The position numbers were made by a program, and so were the translations under genes. Shown here in pieces: positions 31,299 to 41,678 of a DNA stretch of 64,000 nucleotides. The notes beneath the pieces are model-generated. The model was not told the DNA's origin. It was given only the letters and a program-made list of their open reading frames with translations, and made no database searches. The first letter of the stretch is position 1. The number at the start of each line of letters is the position of its first letter. Source of the stretch: a virus; the IMG/VR virus record IMGVR_UViG_3300008108_000057, positions 32,001 through 96,000 of that record; one strand, written 5' to 3'.

Positions 31299-32186
31299 AT
31301 GCCAACTAACCATTATTTTAATAACTATAATGCCAAATACACTGAACAACGTTTAGTGGAAGATTTGATTGTTGAATCCATAAAAATAATGGGTGTGACT
31401 TGTTATTATATTCCGACCACTTACAATAATCCAACAGATTTTATATATGGTGAAGATCCTCTGAAAAAGTTTACAACAGCATATCCTATTGAGTTATATC
31501 CAAAAGATGTTATGGATTATAAAGGAGATAAAGATTTCTTTAGTAAGTTTGGTCTTGAGATTAGAAACCATATAACTGTAGTAATGTCAAAAAGAAGTTT
31601 CTCTCAAAGAGTTCCTGTAGATCCTGATTATGGTAGACCAAAAGACGGAGACTTAATTTATATTCCTCCTCTTAATGGTGTAGGTGAACTATATGAGATT
31701 AAGTTCGTTAATCAAGATATGGACATGGCTATGCTTGGTCGTAGAGTTCCATATTTTTATGAATTAGAATTGGAGAAATTCAAGTATTCACATGAAACAA
31801 TTGATACTGGTATACCTGATATTGATATCGTTCAACAAAAAGATGCTTACGCACAAAGATTTACGTTAACTGGAGTTTCAGGTGTTTTTGCTATAGGAGA
31901 AACTATTTTTATTAGTCCAGATATTACTTTAGCAAATGCAACTACAACAGGTATCATTGCAGCTTATGATTCTGCAACTGCAAACTTAGATATTAATACA
32001 ATAGCAGGAACATTCTCTGTTGGTAATTTGGCTAGAGGAGCAACATCAAATGCAAGAGGAACTATTGCATCTACCAACATATATGAACATGCAGAGTATT
32101 ATGCAGACTATGACAATAAAATAATCAATGCTGAAGGAACTTCAATTATTGATTTTTCAGAAACTAATCCATTTGGTAATATATAA
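31299..32186 (+). CDS. Neck protein gp14
   Basis: EQRLVEDLIVESIKI.G, FSKFGLEI, RP..GDLIY, DFSE.NPFG. Confidence 0.92.
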   Translation: MPTNHYFNNYNAKYTEQRLVEDLIVESIKIMGVTCYYIPTTYNNPTDFIYGEDPLKKFTTAYPIELYPKDVMDYKGDKDFFSKFGLEIRNHITVVMSKRSFSQRVPVDPDYGRPKDGDLIYIPPLNGVGELYEIKFVNQDMDMAMLGRRVPYFYELELEKFKYSHETIDTGIPDIDIVQQKDAYAQRFTLTGVSGVFAIGETIFISPDITLANATTTGIIAAYDSATANLDINTIAGTFSVGNLARGATSNARGTIASTNIYEHAEYYADYDNKIINAEGTSIIDFSETNPFGNI

Positions 32187-33190
32187 TGTCGGCAACATAT
32201 CACAGAATCATTCGTAAACTTGTAGTTGGTTTTGGTAGTTTGTTTGACAACATTACCTTAACTCGTTACAAAACAGATGGCACCGAAGATAGAAAAATCA
32301 AGGTGCCTATTATCTATGCACCAAAAGAAAAGTATGCTGCTCGTTTACTAGGCGATCCAGATTTAAATAAAAAAGTTCAAATCACATTACCTAGAATGTC
32401 TTTTGATTTGATAAGCATGGAATATGACGCATCAAGAAAACAAATAACAAATTTAAAGACTACAGCAGCATCAGGAAATCCTAACGTAAAACTTGCACAA
32501 TATACTCCTGTGCCTTATAACTTTGATTTTTCATTATACATCTATGTCAGAAATATAGAAGATGGTACTCAAATAATAGAACACATATTGCCATTTTTTA
32601 CTCCTGAGTATACAATAAAACTAAATCTTATTCCTACGATGGGAGTAACAAAAGAAGTACCAATTAATTTAAATTCAGTAAATTACGACATTGAGTATGA
32701 AGGATTGCAAGACTCTGATGCTAGGGTAGTTATTTGGACTTTAAATTTTACAGTAAAAGCTTTTGTATATGGAGCAATATCTCAAGCAAAGATAATCAAA
32801 GATTCTTTTGTAAACATATTAGATTTAGATTCATCTGTCAATAATGGAAAAGTTACTTTTAATATGAGTCCTTCCGGTTTTGGAACATACAAGGAAGGAG
32901 AAACAGTTTATCAAGGATATTCATTAGATACAGCTAGTGCTACTGGTACAGTTGTATACTATAGTAATACCACAGATCAAATGGTAATTACAGATATAAA
33001 TGGTGGGTTTAAAGCAAATACAGAAATTATAGGACTAGATTCTTTTGCAGAATATACTCTATTATCAGTTGAAGGTGTAAATGCAAATAATAAGATGGTA
33101 ACAATTAATTCTTATGTGAACCCAGCAAATGCTACCATTAACTCAGCATATACTATTGTGACAACAGTGACGGAGTACAACAGTGACTAA
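32186..33190 (+). CDS. Tail sheath stabiliser/terminator gp15
   Basis: FG.LFDNI, VPI.Y.PKEK, LPRMSF, PVPYN..F.L, QI.E.ILPFF.P. Confidence 0.92.
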   Translation: MSATYHRIIRKLVVGFGSLFDNITLTRYKTDGTEDRKIKVPIIYAPKEKYAARLLGDPDLNKKVQITLPRMSFDLISMEYDASRKQITNLKTTAASGNPNVKLAQYTPVPYNFDFSLYIYVRNIEDGTQIIEHILPFFTPEYTIKLNLIPTMGVTKEVPINLNSVNYDIEYEGLQDSDARVVIWTLNFTVKAFVYGAISQAKIIKDSFVNILDLDSSVNNGKVTFNMSPSGFGTYKEGETVYQGYSLDTASATGTVVYYSNTTDQMVITDINGGFKANTEIIGLDSFAEYTLLSVEGVNANNKMVTINSYVNPANATINSAYTIVTTVTEYNSD

Positions 33191-33611
33191 ATTTGAAAAA
33201 AATATGAGTGATATCTTTGAAGTAGAGCCAAAACAAATTGCTAGTACAGATATTATAGTTAAAGAAGAAAGACCTGTCGTTCAAGTTGATTCTAAGTTAG
33301 AAGATGATCTAGAAAAAGATTATAATAAAGTCCGTCAGAACTATGAAGAAATTATCAACAAAGGAGTTGATGCCATAGATTCTATTCTTGAGATAGCCAG
33401 AGAATCTGAGCATCCAAGAGCATTTGAAGTTGCAGCTACCATGATTAAGAACGTAGCAGATGCAAACGAAAAGTTAATTATGTTACAGAAACAGATGCGT
33501 GAAATACAAAGAGCATCAGGAAAAGAACCACAAACAAGCACTAAAATAGATAAAGCCATATTCGTTGGTAGTACAGCAGATTTAAATAAAATGTTAAAAG
33601 GTAAGGAATGA
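33183..33611 (+). CDS. Terminase small subunit gp16
   Basis: DY..VR.N, A.ESEHPRAFEV, FVGST.DL.K. Confidence 0.9.
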   Translation: MTKFEKNMSDIFEVEPKQIASTDIIVKEERPVVQVDSKLEDDLEKDYNKVRQNYEEIINKGVDAIDSILEIARESEHPRAFEVAATMIKNVADANEKLIMLQKQMREIQRASGKEPQTSTKIDKAIFVGSTADLNKMLKGKE

Positions 33612-34249
33612 AATACTTCAAACATTTAAGAGAAGAAGTTCAAGAAAGAAAAGATACAAAATCAAAGACACTTCATGCATTTGATATGGATGAAGTATTG
33701 TTTCATCACGATCATTCTAAACTAAAAGTTCATGTTAAAGATCAGCACGGTAAAAGAGTTCAGTCTTTGACTAACACAGAATATAATGACCATAAGTTGA
33801 AACATGGTCACAGTTATGACTATAGTGATTTTAAATCACACAAAGTGTTTCAGAAGTCTGCTCATCCTATTCATAAGATGATTAATAAACTGAAGGCGAT
33901 ACACAAGAATAATAAAAATGTTGAGATTGTAACTGCAAGATCAGATATGGATGACAAGCATGGTTTTATGAAAACACTAAAGCATCACGGTATTGATCCT
34001 CACCACATTCACGTTCGTCGTGCTGGTAATGTTGGTGCACCTTCTCCAGCAGAAGCAAAACATAAAGTCATTGGTGATTTAGTTAAGAAGCATGGTTATA
34101 AGAAAGTTCATTTGTATGATGATTCTCATGCCAATCTGAAACACTTCAAAAAACTAAAAGATGATCATCCTGATGTTGAGTTTCATGCACACCATGTTAG
34201 TCATGATCCAGAAACAGGACATGTGAAAGTAACTACAACAAAAGCATAA
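33608..34249 (+). CDS. His-rich HAD-superfamily phosphatase-like protein, possible internal head protein
   Basis: HAD motifs AFDMDEVL, IVTAR and LYDD...NL; about 31 of 213 residues are His; MKYFKHLREE N-terminus. Confidence 0.65.
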   Translation: MKYFKHLREEVQERKDTKSKTLHAFDMDEVLFHHDHSKLKVHVKDQHGKRVQSLTNTEYNDHKLKHGHSYDYSDFKSHKVFQKSAHPIHKMINKLKAIHKNNKNVEIVTARSDMDDKHGFMKTLKHHGIDPHHIHVRRAGNVGAPSPAEAKHKVIGDLVKKHGYKKVHLYDDSHANLKHFKKLKDDHPDVEFHAHHVSHDPETGHVKVTTTKA

Positions 34250-34251
34250 GA

Positions 34252-34650
34252 ATGAAAAAGTTTAAAGAGTATATAAATGAAGCCGAAGAGGAGCACACAT
34301 CCGAATGGATGTCAAGTTCTGACTTAGGTAAACATATACCAAAAACAGCACATAAGCAAATTCATAAAAGCAAAGAACATGGAATATTAATGAACCATGA
34401 TCTTGCACATGGTGGTTCTGGACACTTGCGATATAGAGTTAAAACTAAATCGTATGATGGTTTTAAAGTAAAGAAAGTTCAAGTTGCATCAAGTAAAAAA
34501 GATAAAGATGGATTTACGCATCATGCCACATTTGGTTTAGCAGCAAAAAGTGCATATCCACATGATCATATGAAAACTCATCCAGAAAGAAAAGTTACTG
34601 TTCCTTGGTATATGAAAGATGATGAAATTAAAAAAACAACTGGAAGATAA
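34252..34650 (+). CDS. His/Lys-rich hypothetical protein, possible internal head protein
   Basis: MKKFKEYINE N-terminus resembles the T4 capsid-targeting sequence. Confidence 0.55.
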   Translation: MKKFKEYINEAEEEHTSEWMSSSDLGKHIPKTAHKQIHKSKEHGILMNHDLAHGGSGHLRYRVKTKSYDGFKVKKVQVASSKKDKDGFTHHATFGLAAKSAYPHDHMKTHPERKVTVPWYMKDDEIKKTTGR

Positions 34651-36344
34651 TGTCTATTAATAAAGATTCGTATCGTGATAATCCTCTGCTCAAAAGAGCA
34701 GGAGTAAAAATTGAATATACTCAGGAGCAAATAGAAGAATACGTCAAGTGTTCTAAAGATCCTATTTACTTTGCGGAAAAATATATTCAAATCGTCAACG
34801 TTGACGAAGGTTTGATGCCGTTTAGAATGTGGGATTTTCAACGTGATATGATTCGTACATATCATGAGAATCGTTTCTCTATTACCAAGTGTCCTCGTCA
34901 GGTTGGTAAAACTACTACTACGGTTGCATATCTACTCTGGCTTTCTATCTTTCAAGATACACAAAATATTGCTGTTCTTGCCAACAAAGGACAATTAGCT
35001 AGAGATATTCTTTCAAAATATCAACTAGCATACGAAAACTTACCTATGTGGTTACAGCAAGGTGTCATCACATGGAATAAAGGTTCTGTTGAACTTGAAA
35101 ATGGATCAAAAGTTATTGCTGCTGCTACTTCATCATCAGCAGTTCGTGGTGGATCTTTCAATGTAGTATTCTTAGATGAATTCGCATTCGTTCCTTCAAA
35201 TATAGCACACGAATTCTTCAATTCAGTCTATCCTGTTATCTCGTCTGGTAAATCTACAAAGATCATTATTGTATCTACTCCGAATGGTATGAACTTGTTC
35301 TACAAGTTATGGATGGATGCAAAGGACAAAAAGAACAACTATAAAACATTTGAGATTCATTGGTCACAAGTTCCAGGTAGAGATGAAGCATGGCGTGAAG
35401 AAACTATTCGTAACACTTCTGAACGTCAGTTCCAACAAGAATTTGAAACTGAATTCTTAGGTTCAACAAACACACTTATTTCTGGTTCAAAACTACAACA
35501 ACTTGTTTATATTGAGCCTGTAGAAAGAAAACGAATAGCCAAAGAAGAAATACTTGATATCTACGAGCAGCCTGTTATAGGTGATGGAGAAATTACAAAA
35601 GATCATGTGTATGCTATTTGTGTGGATGTAGCAGAAGGCAAGCATATGGATTTATCTGCATTGTCAGTCATAGACATATCTGAGACACCATATAGGCAAG
35701 TAGCTAAATATGCCAGCTCTTTTATTTCTCCGGTTCTGTTTCCCACTATCATATATAATACTGCCAAATATTACAACAATGCATATGTATTGATAGAGAT
35801 TAATAATACTCCACAGATTGCAGAGATTTTACATGGTGAAATGGAATATGAAAACGTGCTGAAGGTTCAAACAGGAAATAAAAAAGCACAACAAATTTCA
35901 GCAGGATTTGGTAGAGGAGTTCAACTTGGGGTCAAGATGAGTACCCAAGTAAAAAGAATTGGTTGTACTAACTTAAAAACACTCATTGAAACAGACAAAC
36001 TAATAGTAAAAGATTTTGATACCATTTCAGAGTTTACCTCATTCATTTCAGATGGAGTAACGTGGAGAGCAGAAGAAGGTAAAACTGATGATATGGTTAT
36101 GTCATTAGTAATGTTCGCATGGATGACAACTCAGAAGTATTTCAAAGATGTTGTTAACCACGACTTGAGGAAACAACTACAGTTAGAAAAATTAAGTCAG
36201 ACAGACGAAGAAACATCTCCTGCCGCCTTACTCATAAATGATGGATTAGATGTTCCATTTCTTGTTGAGGGTGGAGATGTTTGGGTTACAGGGAACCAAG
36301 GTGAAGTCTATGCTGAATACTTTAGAGAAATAATGAGAAACTGA
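34650..36344 (+). CDS. Terminase large subunit gp17
   Basis: PRQVGKTTT Walker A, FLDEFAF Walker B, STPNG, VDVAEG nuclease motif, DD.VMSL. Confidence 0.97.
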   Translation: MSINKDSYRDNPLLKRAGVKIEYTQEQIEEYVKCSKDPIYFAEKYIQIVNVDEGLMPFRMWDFQRDMIRTYHENRFSITKCPRQVGKTTTTVAYLLWLSIFQDTQNIAVLANKGQLARDILSKYQLAYENLPMWLQQGVITWNKGSVELENGSKVIAAATSSSAVRGGSFNVVFLDEFAFVPSNIAHEFFNSVYPVISSGKSTKIIIVSTPNGMNLFYKLWMDAKDKKNNYKTFEIHWSQVPGRDEAWREETIRNTSERQFQQEFETEFLGSTNTLISGSKLQQLVYIEPVERKRIAKEEILDIYEQPVIGDGEITKDHVYAICVDVAEGKHMDLSALSVIDISETPYRQVAKYASSFISPVLFPTIIYNTAKYYNNAYVLIEINNTPQIAEILHGEMEYENVLKVQTGNKKAQQISAGFGRGVQLGVKMSTQVKRIGCTNLKTLIETDKLIVKDFDTISEFTSFISDGVTWRAEEGKTDDMVMSLVMFAWMTTQKYFKDVVNHDLRKQLQLEKLSQTDEETSPAALLINDGLDVPFLVEGGDVWVTGNQGEVYAEYFREIMRN

Positions 36345-36409
36345 TATATTCTAAATAAAGAGTATAGTTTTATATACCTGCCAAATTCATATATAATAAG
36401 GAGAAAAAG

Positions 36410-38011
36410 ATGGCAATTCAGTTATCTCCAGGAGTAAGCGTTACCGAAGTTGATTTAACAACTGTCGTTCCTTCGGTTTCCACATCAACTGGTGCATTTG
36501 TTGGAAATTTCGAATGGGGTCCAGCAAGTGTCAGAGTTACAGTAGATAGTGAGAACACTTTGGCTAGTGTTTTCGGTACCCCAAATTCCAATACATATAC
36601 CTCATTCTTTACCGCAGCAAGCTTTTTAGCATATTCAAATGATCTGCGTGTAGTTCGTGCAATTAGCACCGACACAAGAACTGCTACAGCAAATTCTTCA
36701 GCATCAGTTCAGATTGCGAACGAAGATGTTTATGAAACAGAGTATCTACAAGGAAGCAATGCAAATGCGTATGGTGCTTTTGCATCAAGATATGCTGGCG
36801 CAGCAGGAAATGCAATTCAAGTAAACGTTTACGATAATGCATCAGCCGCTACATTTGCAAATACTAACATTACTTCAGGTGGTGTTTCAAGAGCATGGTC
36901 AAGTGTTGTTAATGGTGCACCAGGAACTTCAACTTATGTAAGCACTGCTGGTGGAGCTAATGATGAATTCCATGTTGTTGTCACAGACAGCACTGGAGCA
37001 ATCACTGGTACAAAAGGAAGTGTTCTTGAAGTATTCCCATATGTTTCAAAAGCAATTGATGCAGTAGATGGAAATAATCAAACAACCTATTGGAAAAATG
37101 TAATCTTTACAAATTCAAACTTCATCTATGGTATGGATGCTGTTGATTATGCTAATACAAATGCAACATGGGGTGATACAGCAGCAAATACTACATTTGC
37201 AAGAACAGCAGCAGTAAATACTACATTAAATCTATCTGGTGGCATAACAGCAGCACTAACAGATGGTGATATTAATGTTATTTCTCCAAGATATTCTGAT
37301 GTTGTAAACCAATCTGGTGGAGAAACTGATAATATTAAAAATTGGTTGGAAACATTAGCTCGTTCAAGCTCTTATACTGTTACAGATTCCGGATGGAAAT
37401 ACATGTACGACAAGTATAATGGTGTGTACCGCTATGTTCCACTAAATGGTGACATTGCAGGATTATGTGCATTTACAGATCAAGTTCGTGATCCATGGTT
37501 CTCACCAGCAGGATTCAATCGTGGTGCAATTAAGAATGCTGTTAAGCTGTCTTGGAATCCAAATCAAACACAAAGAGATATTCTATATCCTTTAGGTGTT
37601 AACCCAGTGGTTACCTTCCCTGGACAAGGAACAGTTCTCTATGGTGACAAAACATTGCAATCTAAACCATCAGCATTTGATAGAATCAATGTTCGTCGTC
37701 TATTCATTACTCTTGAGAAAGCAATTTCTAGAGCAGCAAAGTTCTCGTTGTTTGAATTTAACGATGACTTTACAAGAGCCCAATTTGTAGCACTTGTTGC
37801 TCCATTCCTGCGTGATGTACAAGGTCGTCGTGGTATCTATGACTTCCGTGTTGTTTGCGATACAACAAACAACACACCACAAGTTATTGATAACAATCAA
37901 TTTGTTGGAGATATTTACATCAAGCCTGCTCGTTCTATCAACTTTATCAGACTTAACTTTATTGCAGTTGGAACAGGAGTTCAGTTCACAGAAGTTACTG
38001 GTGCTATCTAA
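36410..38011 (+). CDS. Tail sheath protein gp18 (apparently with an internal in-frame deletion)
   Basis: SPGV...EVDLT, DSGWKYMYDKYN, PWFSPAG.NRG, FDRINVRRLF, IKPARSINFI.LNF; only 533 aa. Confidence 0.92.
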   Translation: MAIQLSPGVSVTEVDLTTVVPSVSTSTGAFVGNFEWGPASVRVTVDSENTLASVFGTPNSNTYTSFFTAASFLAYSNDLRVVRAISTDTRTATANSSASVQIANEDVYETEYLQGSNANAYGAFASRYAGAAGNAIQVNVYDNASAATFANTNITSGGVSRAWSSVVNGAPGTSTYVSTAGGANDEFHVVVTDSTGAITGTKGSVLEVFPYVSKAIDAVDGNNQTTYWKNVIFTNSNFIYGMDAVDYANTNATWGDTAANTTFARTAAVNTTLNLSGGITAALTDGDINVISPRYSDVVNQSGGETDNIKNWLETLARSSSYTVTDSGWKYMYDKYNGVYRYVPLNGDIAGLCAFTDQVRDPWFSPAGFNRGAIKNAVKLSWNPNQTQRDILYPLGVNPVVTFPGQGTVLYGDKTLQSKPSAFDRINVRRLFITLEKAISRAAKFSLFEFNDDFTRAQFVALVAPFLRDVQGRRGIYDFRVVCDTTNNTPQVIDNNQFVGDIYIKPARSINFIRLNFIAVGTGVQFTEVTGAI

Positions 38012-38036
38012 TAAATAAAAGAACAAGGAGAAAAGA

Positions 38037-38579
38037 ATGGCTTTTAATGTATCAGAGTTCAGAGCAAATATGATTGGGGACGGTGCCCGTCCTAATCTAT
38101 TTTCTGTGACATTAATCTTTCCAACAATAGCAGCAAATGGTGCCGCAGCAGGATCTAGAGCAACATTTATGGCTAAGTCTGCACAACTGCCTGGCTCTAC
38201 TGTGGGAACTGTTCCTGTATTTTATTTTGGTCGTGAATTGAAGTTTGCAGGAAACAGAACATTCCCAGATTGGACACTAACTATCATCAATGATGAAGAT
38301 TTCTCAATCAGAAATTCTTTAGAATCATGGATGAATGCAATCAACAGTCATGCAGGAAACGTTCGTAATGCACAAGCGTCAAATCCAGCAGGTTATACTG
38401 TTGATGCTGAAGTTACACAATATGGAAAAACAGGCAATATTCTTAAGAAGTATACATTTGTTGGATTGTTCCCAGTAGATGTAGCTCCAATTGATTTAGA
38501 TTGGGGATCAAACGATACGATTGAAGAATATACTGCTACTTTTGCATATCAGTGGTGGCAAGCAGATACAACAACTTAA
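38037..38579 (+). CDS. Tail tube protein gp19
   Basis: GARPNLF.V, GRELK.AG.RTF..WT.TI.NDEDF, FP.....I.LDW...D.IEE. Confidence 0.95.
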   Translation: MAFNVSEFRANMIGDGARPNLFSVTLIFPTIAANGAAAGSRATFMAKSAQLPGSTVGTVPVFYFGRELKFAGNRTFPDWTLTIINDEDFSIRNSLESWMNAINSHAGNVRNAQASNPAGYTVDAEVTQYGKTGNILKKYTFVGLFPVDVAPIDLDWGSNDTIEEYTATFAYQWWQADTTT

Positions 38580-38592
38580 TTTGATTTATAAT

Positions 38593-38611
38593 GGAGAGCC
38601 TCTGGCTCTCC
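38593..38611 (+). other. Intergenic GC-rich hairpin after gp19
   Basis: GGAGAGCC-tct-GGCTCTCC perfect 8-bp stem; no clear U-tract. Confidence 0.45.
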
Positions 38612-38649
38612 TCATGTTATTTTGATTTTATAATGCAAGGAGAAACATT

Positions 38650-40386
38650 TTGGCGCTAAACCTATTTGGCTTTACCATATCAAGACAGAAGGCTGAAGAA
38701 GATTCGTTAGTTCAGCAATCATTCGCTCCACCGAGTAGCGATGATGGCGCATTGACGATTACTTCTGCGGCCTATTATGGTACATATGTTGATTTAGATG
38801 GTACTGCAAAAAATGAAGTAGAACTAATTTCTCGATATAGAGAAATGGCTATGCAACCGGAGATTGAATCTGCTATTGATGACATTATCAATGAGTCTAT
38901 TGTACAAGACGATGATGGTAGGAATGTCAAGTTAATTATGGATGCGTTAAAGCAACCGGAGAAAATTAAAAAAGCAATATTGGAAGAATTTAATACTGTC
39001 TTGAGACTACTGAATTATAGTAACATGGCTCAAGATATTTTCAGAAGATATTATATTGATGGTAGATTATTCTATCATATTATTATTGATAGAGAAAATC
39101 CTATTGGTGGTATCAAAGAATTACGTTATATTGACCCAAGAAAAATACGCAAGGTTCGTGAATTAAGAAAAAAGAAAGATGAGAGAACTGGCGTAGAAAT
39201 CATGGCTGTCATTAATGAATATTACATTTATAACGACAAAGCAATTACTGGTACTCAGTCAAACTATGGACCAGTAGGCACAAGAATTACAAAAGACTCC
39301 ATCGTCAATATTAATTCAGGTTTGATGGATTCTCGTAGAGCAGTTGTTCTCTCATACTTACACAAGGCAATTAAGCCTTTGAATCAGTTGCGTATGATTG
39401 AAGATGCAACTGTCATCTATCGTATTTCAAGAGCACCAGAACGTAGAATTTTCTACATTGATGTAGGTAACTTACCAAAACTTAAAGCAGAACAATATCT
39501 GCGTGATATCATGGTCAAGTACAAGAATAAACTTGTTTATGATGCCAATACAGGTGAAGTTCGTGATGACCGTAAGTTCCTATCAATGATGGAAGATTTC
39601 TGGTTACCTCGTAGAGAAGGTGGCAAAGGAACAGAGATCACCACATTACCTGGTGGTCAAAACCTTGGTGAACTAGAAGATGTAAAATATTTTGAAAAGA
39701 AATTATATAAATCACTCAATGTGCCAATTTCTAGATTAGAATCATCTTCCGGTTTCACTATCGGACGTTCATCTGAAATTACCAGAGATGAATTAAAGTT
39801 TGCAAAGTTCATTGATAGACTGCGTAACAAGTTTGCTGAATTATTTGATCAAGTATTGAGAATACAATGTGTTCTAAAAGGTATCTGTACTGATGCTGAA
39901 TTTACAGAATTCAAAGAACACATGTATTATGACTTCATCAAAGATAATAATTTCTCAGAACTTAAAGAAGCAGAATTGATGGCAAACAGATTAAGTCTTT
40001 TGCAACAAGTTGATCCTTATACTGGAACTTATTATTCAATGGGTTGGATTCGTAGAAATGTTCTACGCATGGATGATGAAGAAATCAAACTCATTGATAG
40101 AGAAATTGATGACGAAAAGAAAGCTGGTTTTGAAGTGCCGACTGAAGTGCAAAATGCTGTCACACAACAAAAGATGATGACTGACATCCAAATGGATGCA
40201 CAATCACAACAGATGGCACAACAGCAAGATATGGCAGCACAACAAAATAATACCCAAGAGCCAGAACAAACTTCTGCTGCTGATACACAAAAGTCTCAAC
40301 AGAGAAAACCTAAAGCGGTTAATTCATCTGCCGATTTAAGTTTATCTGAAGATTCAATAGTAAGAAGATTGACAAGAATATTATAA
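38650..40386 (+). CDS. Portal vertex protein gp20
   Basis: TTG start after AAGGAG; YRISRAPERRIFYIDVGNLPK.KAEQY, EDFWLPRREGGKGTEITTLPGG. Confidence 0.97.
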   Translation: MALNLFGFTISRQKAEEDSLVQQSFAPPSSDDGALTITSAAYYGTYVDLDGTAKNEVELISRYREMAMQPEIESAIDDIINESIVQDDDGRNVKLIMDALKQPEKIKKAILEEFNTVLRLLNYSNMAQDIFRRYYIDGRLFYHIIIDRENPIGGIKELRYIDPRKIRKVRELRKKKDERTGVEIMAVINEYYIYNDKAITGTQSNYGPVGTRITKDSIVNINSGLMDSRRAVVLSYLHKAIKPLNQLRMIEDATVIYRISRAPERRIFYIDVGNLPKLKAEQYLRDIMVKYKNKLVYDANTGEVRDDRKFLSMMEDFWLPRREGGKGTEITTLPGGQNLGELEDVKYFEKKLYKSLNVPISRLESSSGFTIGRSSEITRDELKFAKFIDRLRNKFAELFDQVLRIQCVLKGICTDAEFTEFKEHMYYDFIKDNNFSELKEAELMANRLSLLQQVDPYTGTYYSMGWIRRNVLRMDDEEIKLIDREIDDEKKAGFEVPTEVQNAVTQQKMMTDIQMDAQSQQMAQQQDMAAQQNNTQEPEQTSAADTQKSQQRKPKAVNSSADLSLSEDSIVRRLTRIL

Positions 40387-40389
40387 ATA
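40382..40389 (+). promoter_or_regulatory. T4-type late promoter
   Basis: TATAAATA upstream of prohead core genes; gp55 is encoded in the window. Confidence 0.7.
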
Positions 40390-40421
40390 ATGTTTGTTCA
40401 TTTTTTAAATAAAGGAAGATC

Positions 40422-40619
40422 ATGAATACCAGAGCAATTATAGATTATGCAATTCAAGATGACGCCGCAGCAATGCGTGATGCTCTTTATGCTGAAATTC
40501 AAGACAGAGTACATTCACATATTGAAATGAAGAAGCAAGAGATTGCACACGGACTAGTTACACAAGAGGAAGATTCTGAAGCTTCTGTTGAAACAGAAGA
40601 AGGAATTACAGAAGAATGA
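40422..40619 (+). CDS. Prohead core protein (gp67-like position)
   Basis: Small acidic ORF directly after the portal gene. Confidence 0.5.
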   Translation: MNTRAIIDYAIQDDAAAMRDALYAEIQDRVHSHIEMKKQEIAHGLVTQEEDSEASVETEEGITEE

Positions 40620-41107
40620 AATCACTAAAAGATTTTATTGCGAGAGATAAGCTAGAAGAAGATATTGATGGCATGCCTGGTGTGTTTACATCAAAGCCAT
40701 CAGATCCTCCACAGATTCTTATTATGCGTAGAAAATCTATTCGTGAATTTCCAAATGGACAACGTGTTGCCTTATATCAGGTTGATAAGTTAAATAGGTA
40801 TATTACTATACCATATCAGGTCAAACAATGGGCAAACGAAGAAACAGAATTACAATTAGAGCCAATAGAAGAAAATGTAATGCATCATTTGAAGAACATT
40901 ATTGACAATAGTCAAGCTAAGCCAGTCAAATTTAAAGATGGTTCTTCAATGAAAGTTGATGTACAAACAGCAAATGCTATTTTAAAAGTACATGGTGCAG
41001 TAAACGACGAGAACAAAGAAAAGATTTCTCAAATGGCTCATAAGAGTAAAAACCATTTTAAAAAAGTAGCAGATTTTGCATGGAAACATGTAACTTATAA
41101 AAGTTAA
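40616..41107 (+). CDS. Prohead core/internal protein
   Basis: MKSLKDFI..EE N-terminus; lies between gp20 and gp21. Confidence 0.5.
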   Translation: MKSLKDFIARDKLEEDIDGMPGVFTSKPSDPPQILIMRRKSIREFPNGQRVALYQVDKLNRYITIPYQVKQWANEETELQLEPIEENVMHHLKNIIDNSQAKPVKFKDGSSMKVDVQTANAILKVHGAVNDENKEKISQMAHKSKNHFKKVADFAWKHVTYKS

Positions 41108-41117
41108 GGATTAAGAA

Positions 41118-41666
41118 ATGGCTAACGCATTTTCATATCAAGTTCTAAAAGATGATACACAATCAGCAGTTATTAAACTAACTGGTCTTTTTGATGGATC
41201 TGGACAAGAAGAAAACATTGCTAGAATTCAAGCAAACACACTATATGGTGCATTAGATGCAAATAATGTTCCATTAAGAAGTGGATTAAGTGTAAGTAAT
41301 ACTGCTAAGCCATATTATGGTTTAACTATTAATCGTTGCTGGTATGATACAGACACGGGATCAGGATCAGTAGAATTGTATTGGAGAGCAAACAATAGCC
41401 CTCAAGCAGAGCCAGATTCTGGTGTGCCGATTTTATTCATGCAAGGTAATGGAGAGTATGATGGTGCAGGGAACTGGATTACTATTAGAAATCCTAGTGT
41501 AAATGCCAACACAAACGGTGATATCAGTATTCACACCCGTGGGCAAGTCGCAAATGCAAGTTATACAATCATTCTAGAACTGCGTAAAGATAATGCATAT
41601 TATCAGCGTGGTCAGTTTAATGATCCTGCTGCATTTAACTACCCACCATATAGCATCACTCCATAA
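41118..41666 (+). CDS. Hypothetical head-module protein
   Basis: 182-aa ORF with RBS, just before gp21. Confidence 0.55.
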   Translation: MANAFSYQVLKDDTQSAVIKLTGLFDGSGQEENIARIQANTLYGALDANNVPLRSGLSVSNTAKPYYGLTINRCWYDTDTGSGSVELYWRANNSPQAEPDSGVPILFMQGNGEYDGAGNWITIRNPSVNANTNGDISIHTRGQVANASYTIILELRKDNAYYQRGQFNDPAAFNYPPYSITP

Positions 41667-41678
41667 TAGGAAAGAAAT

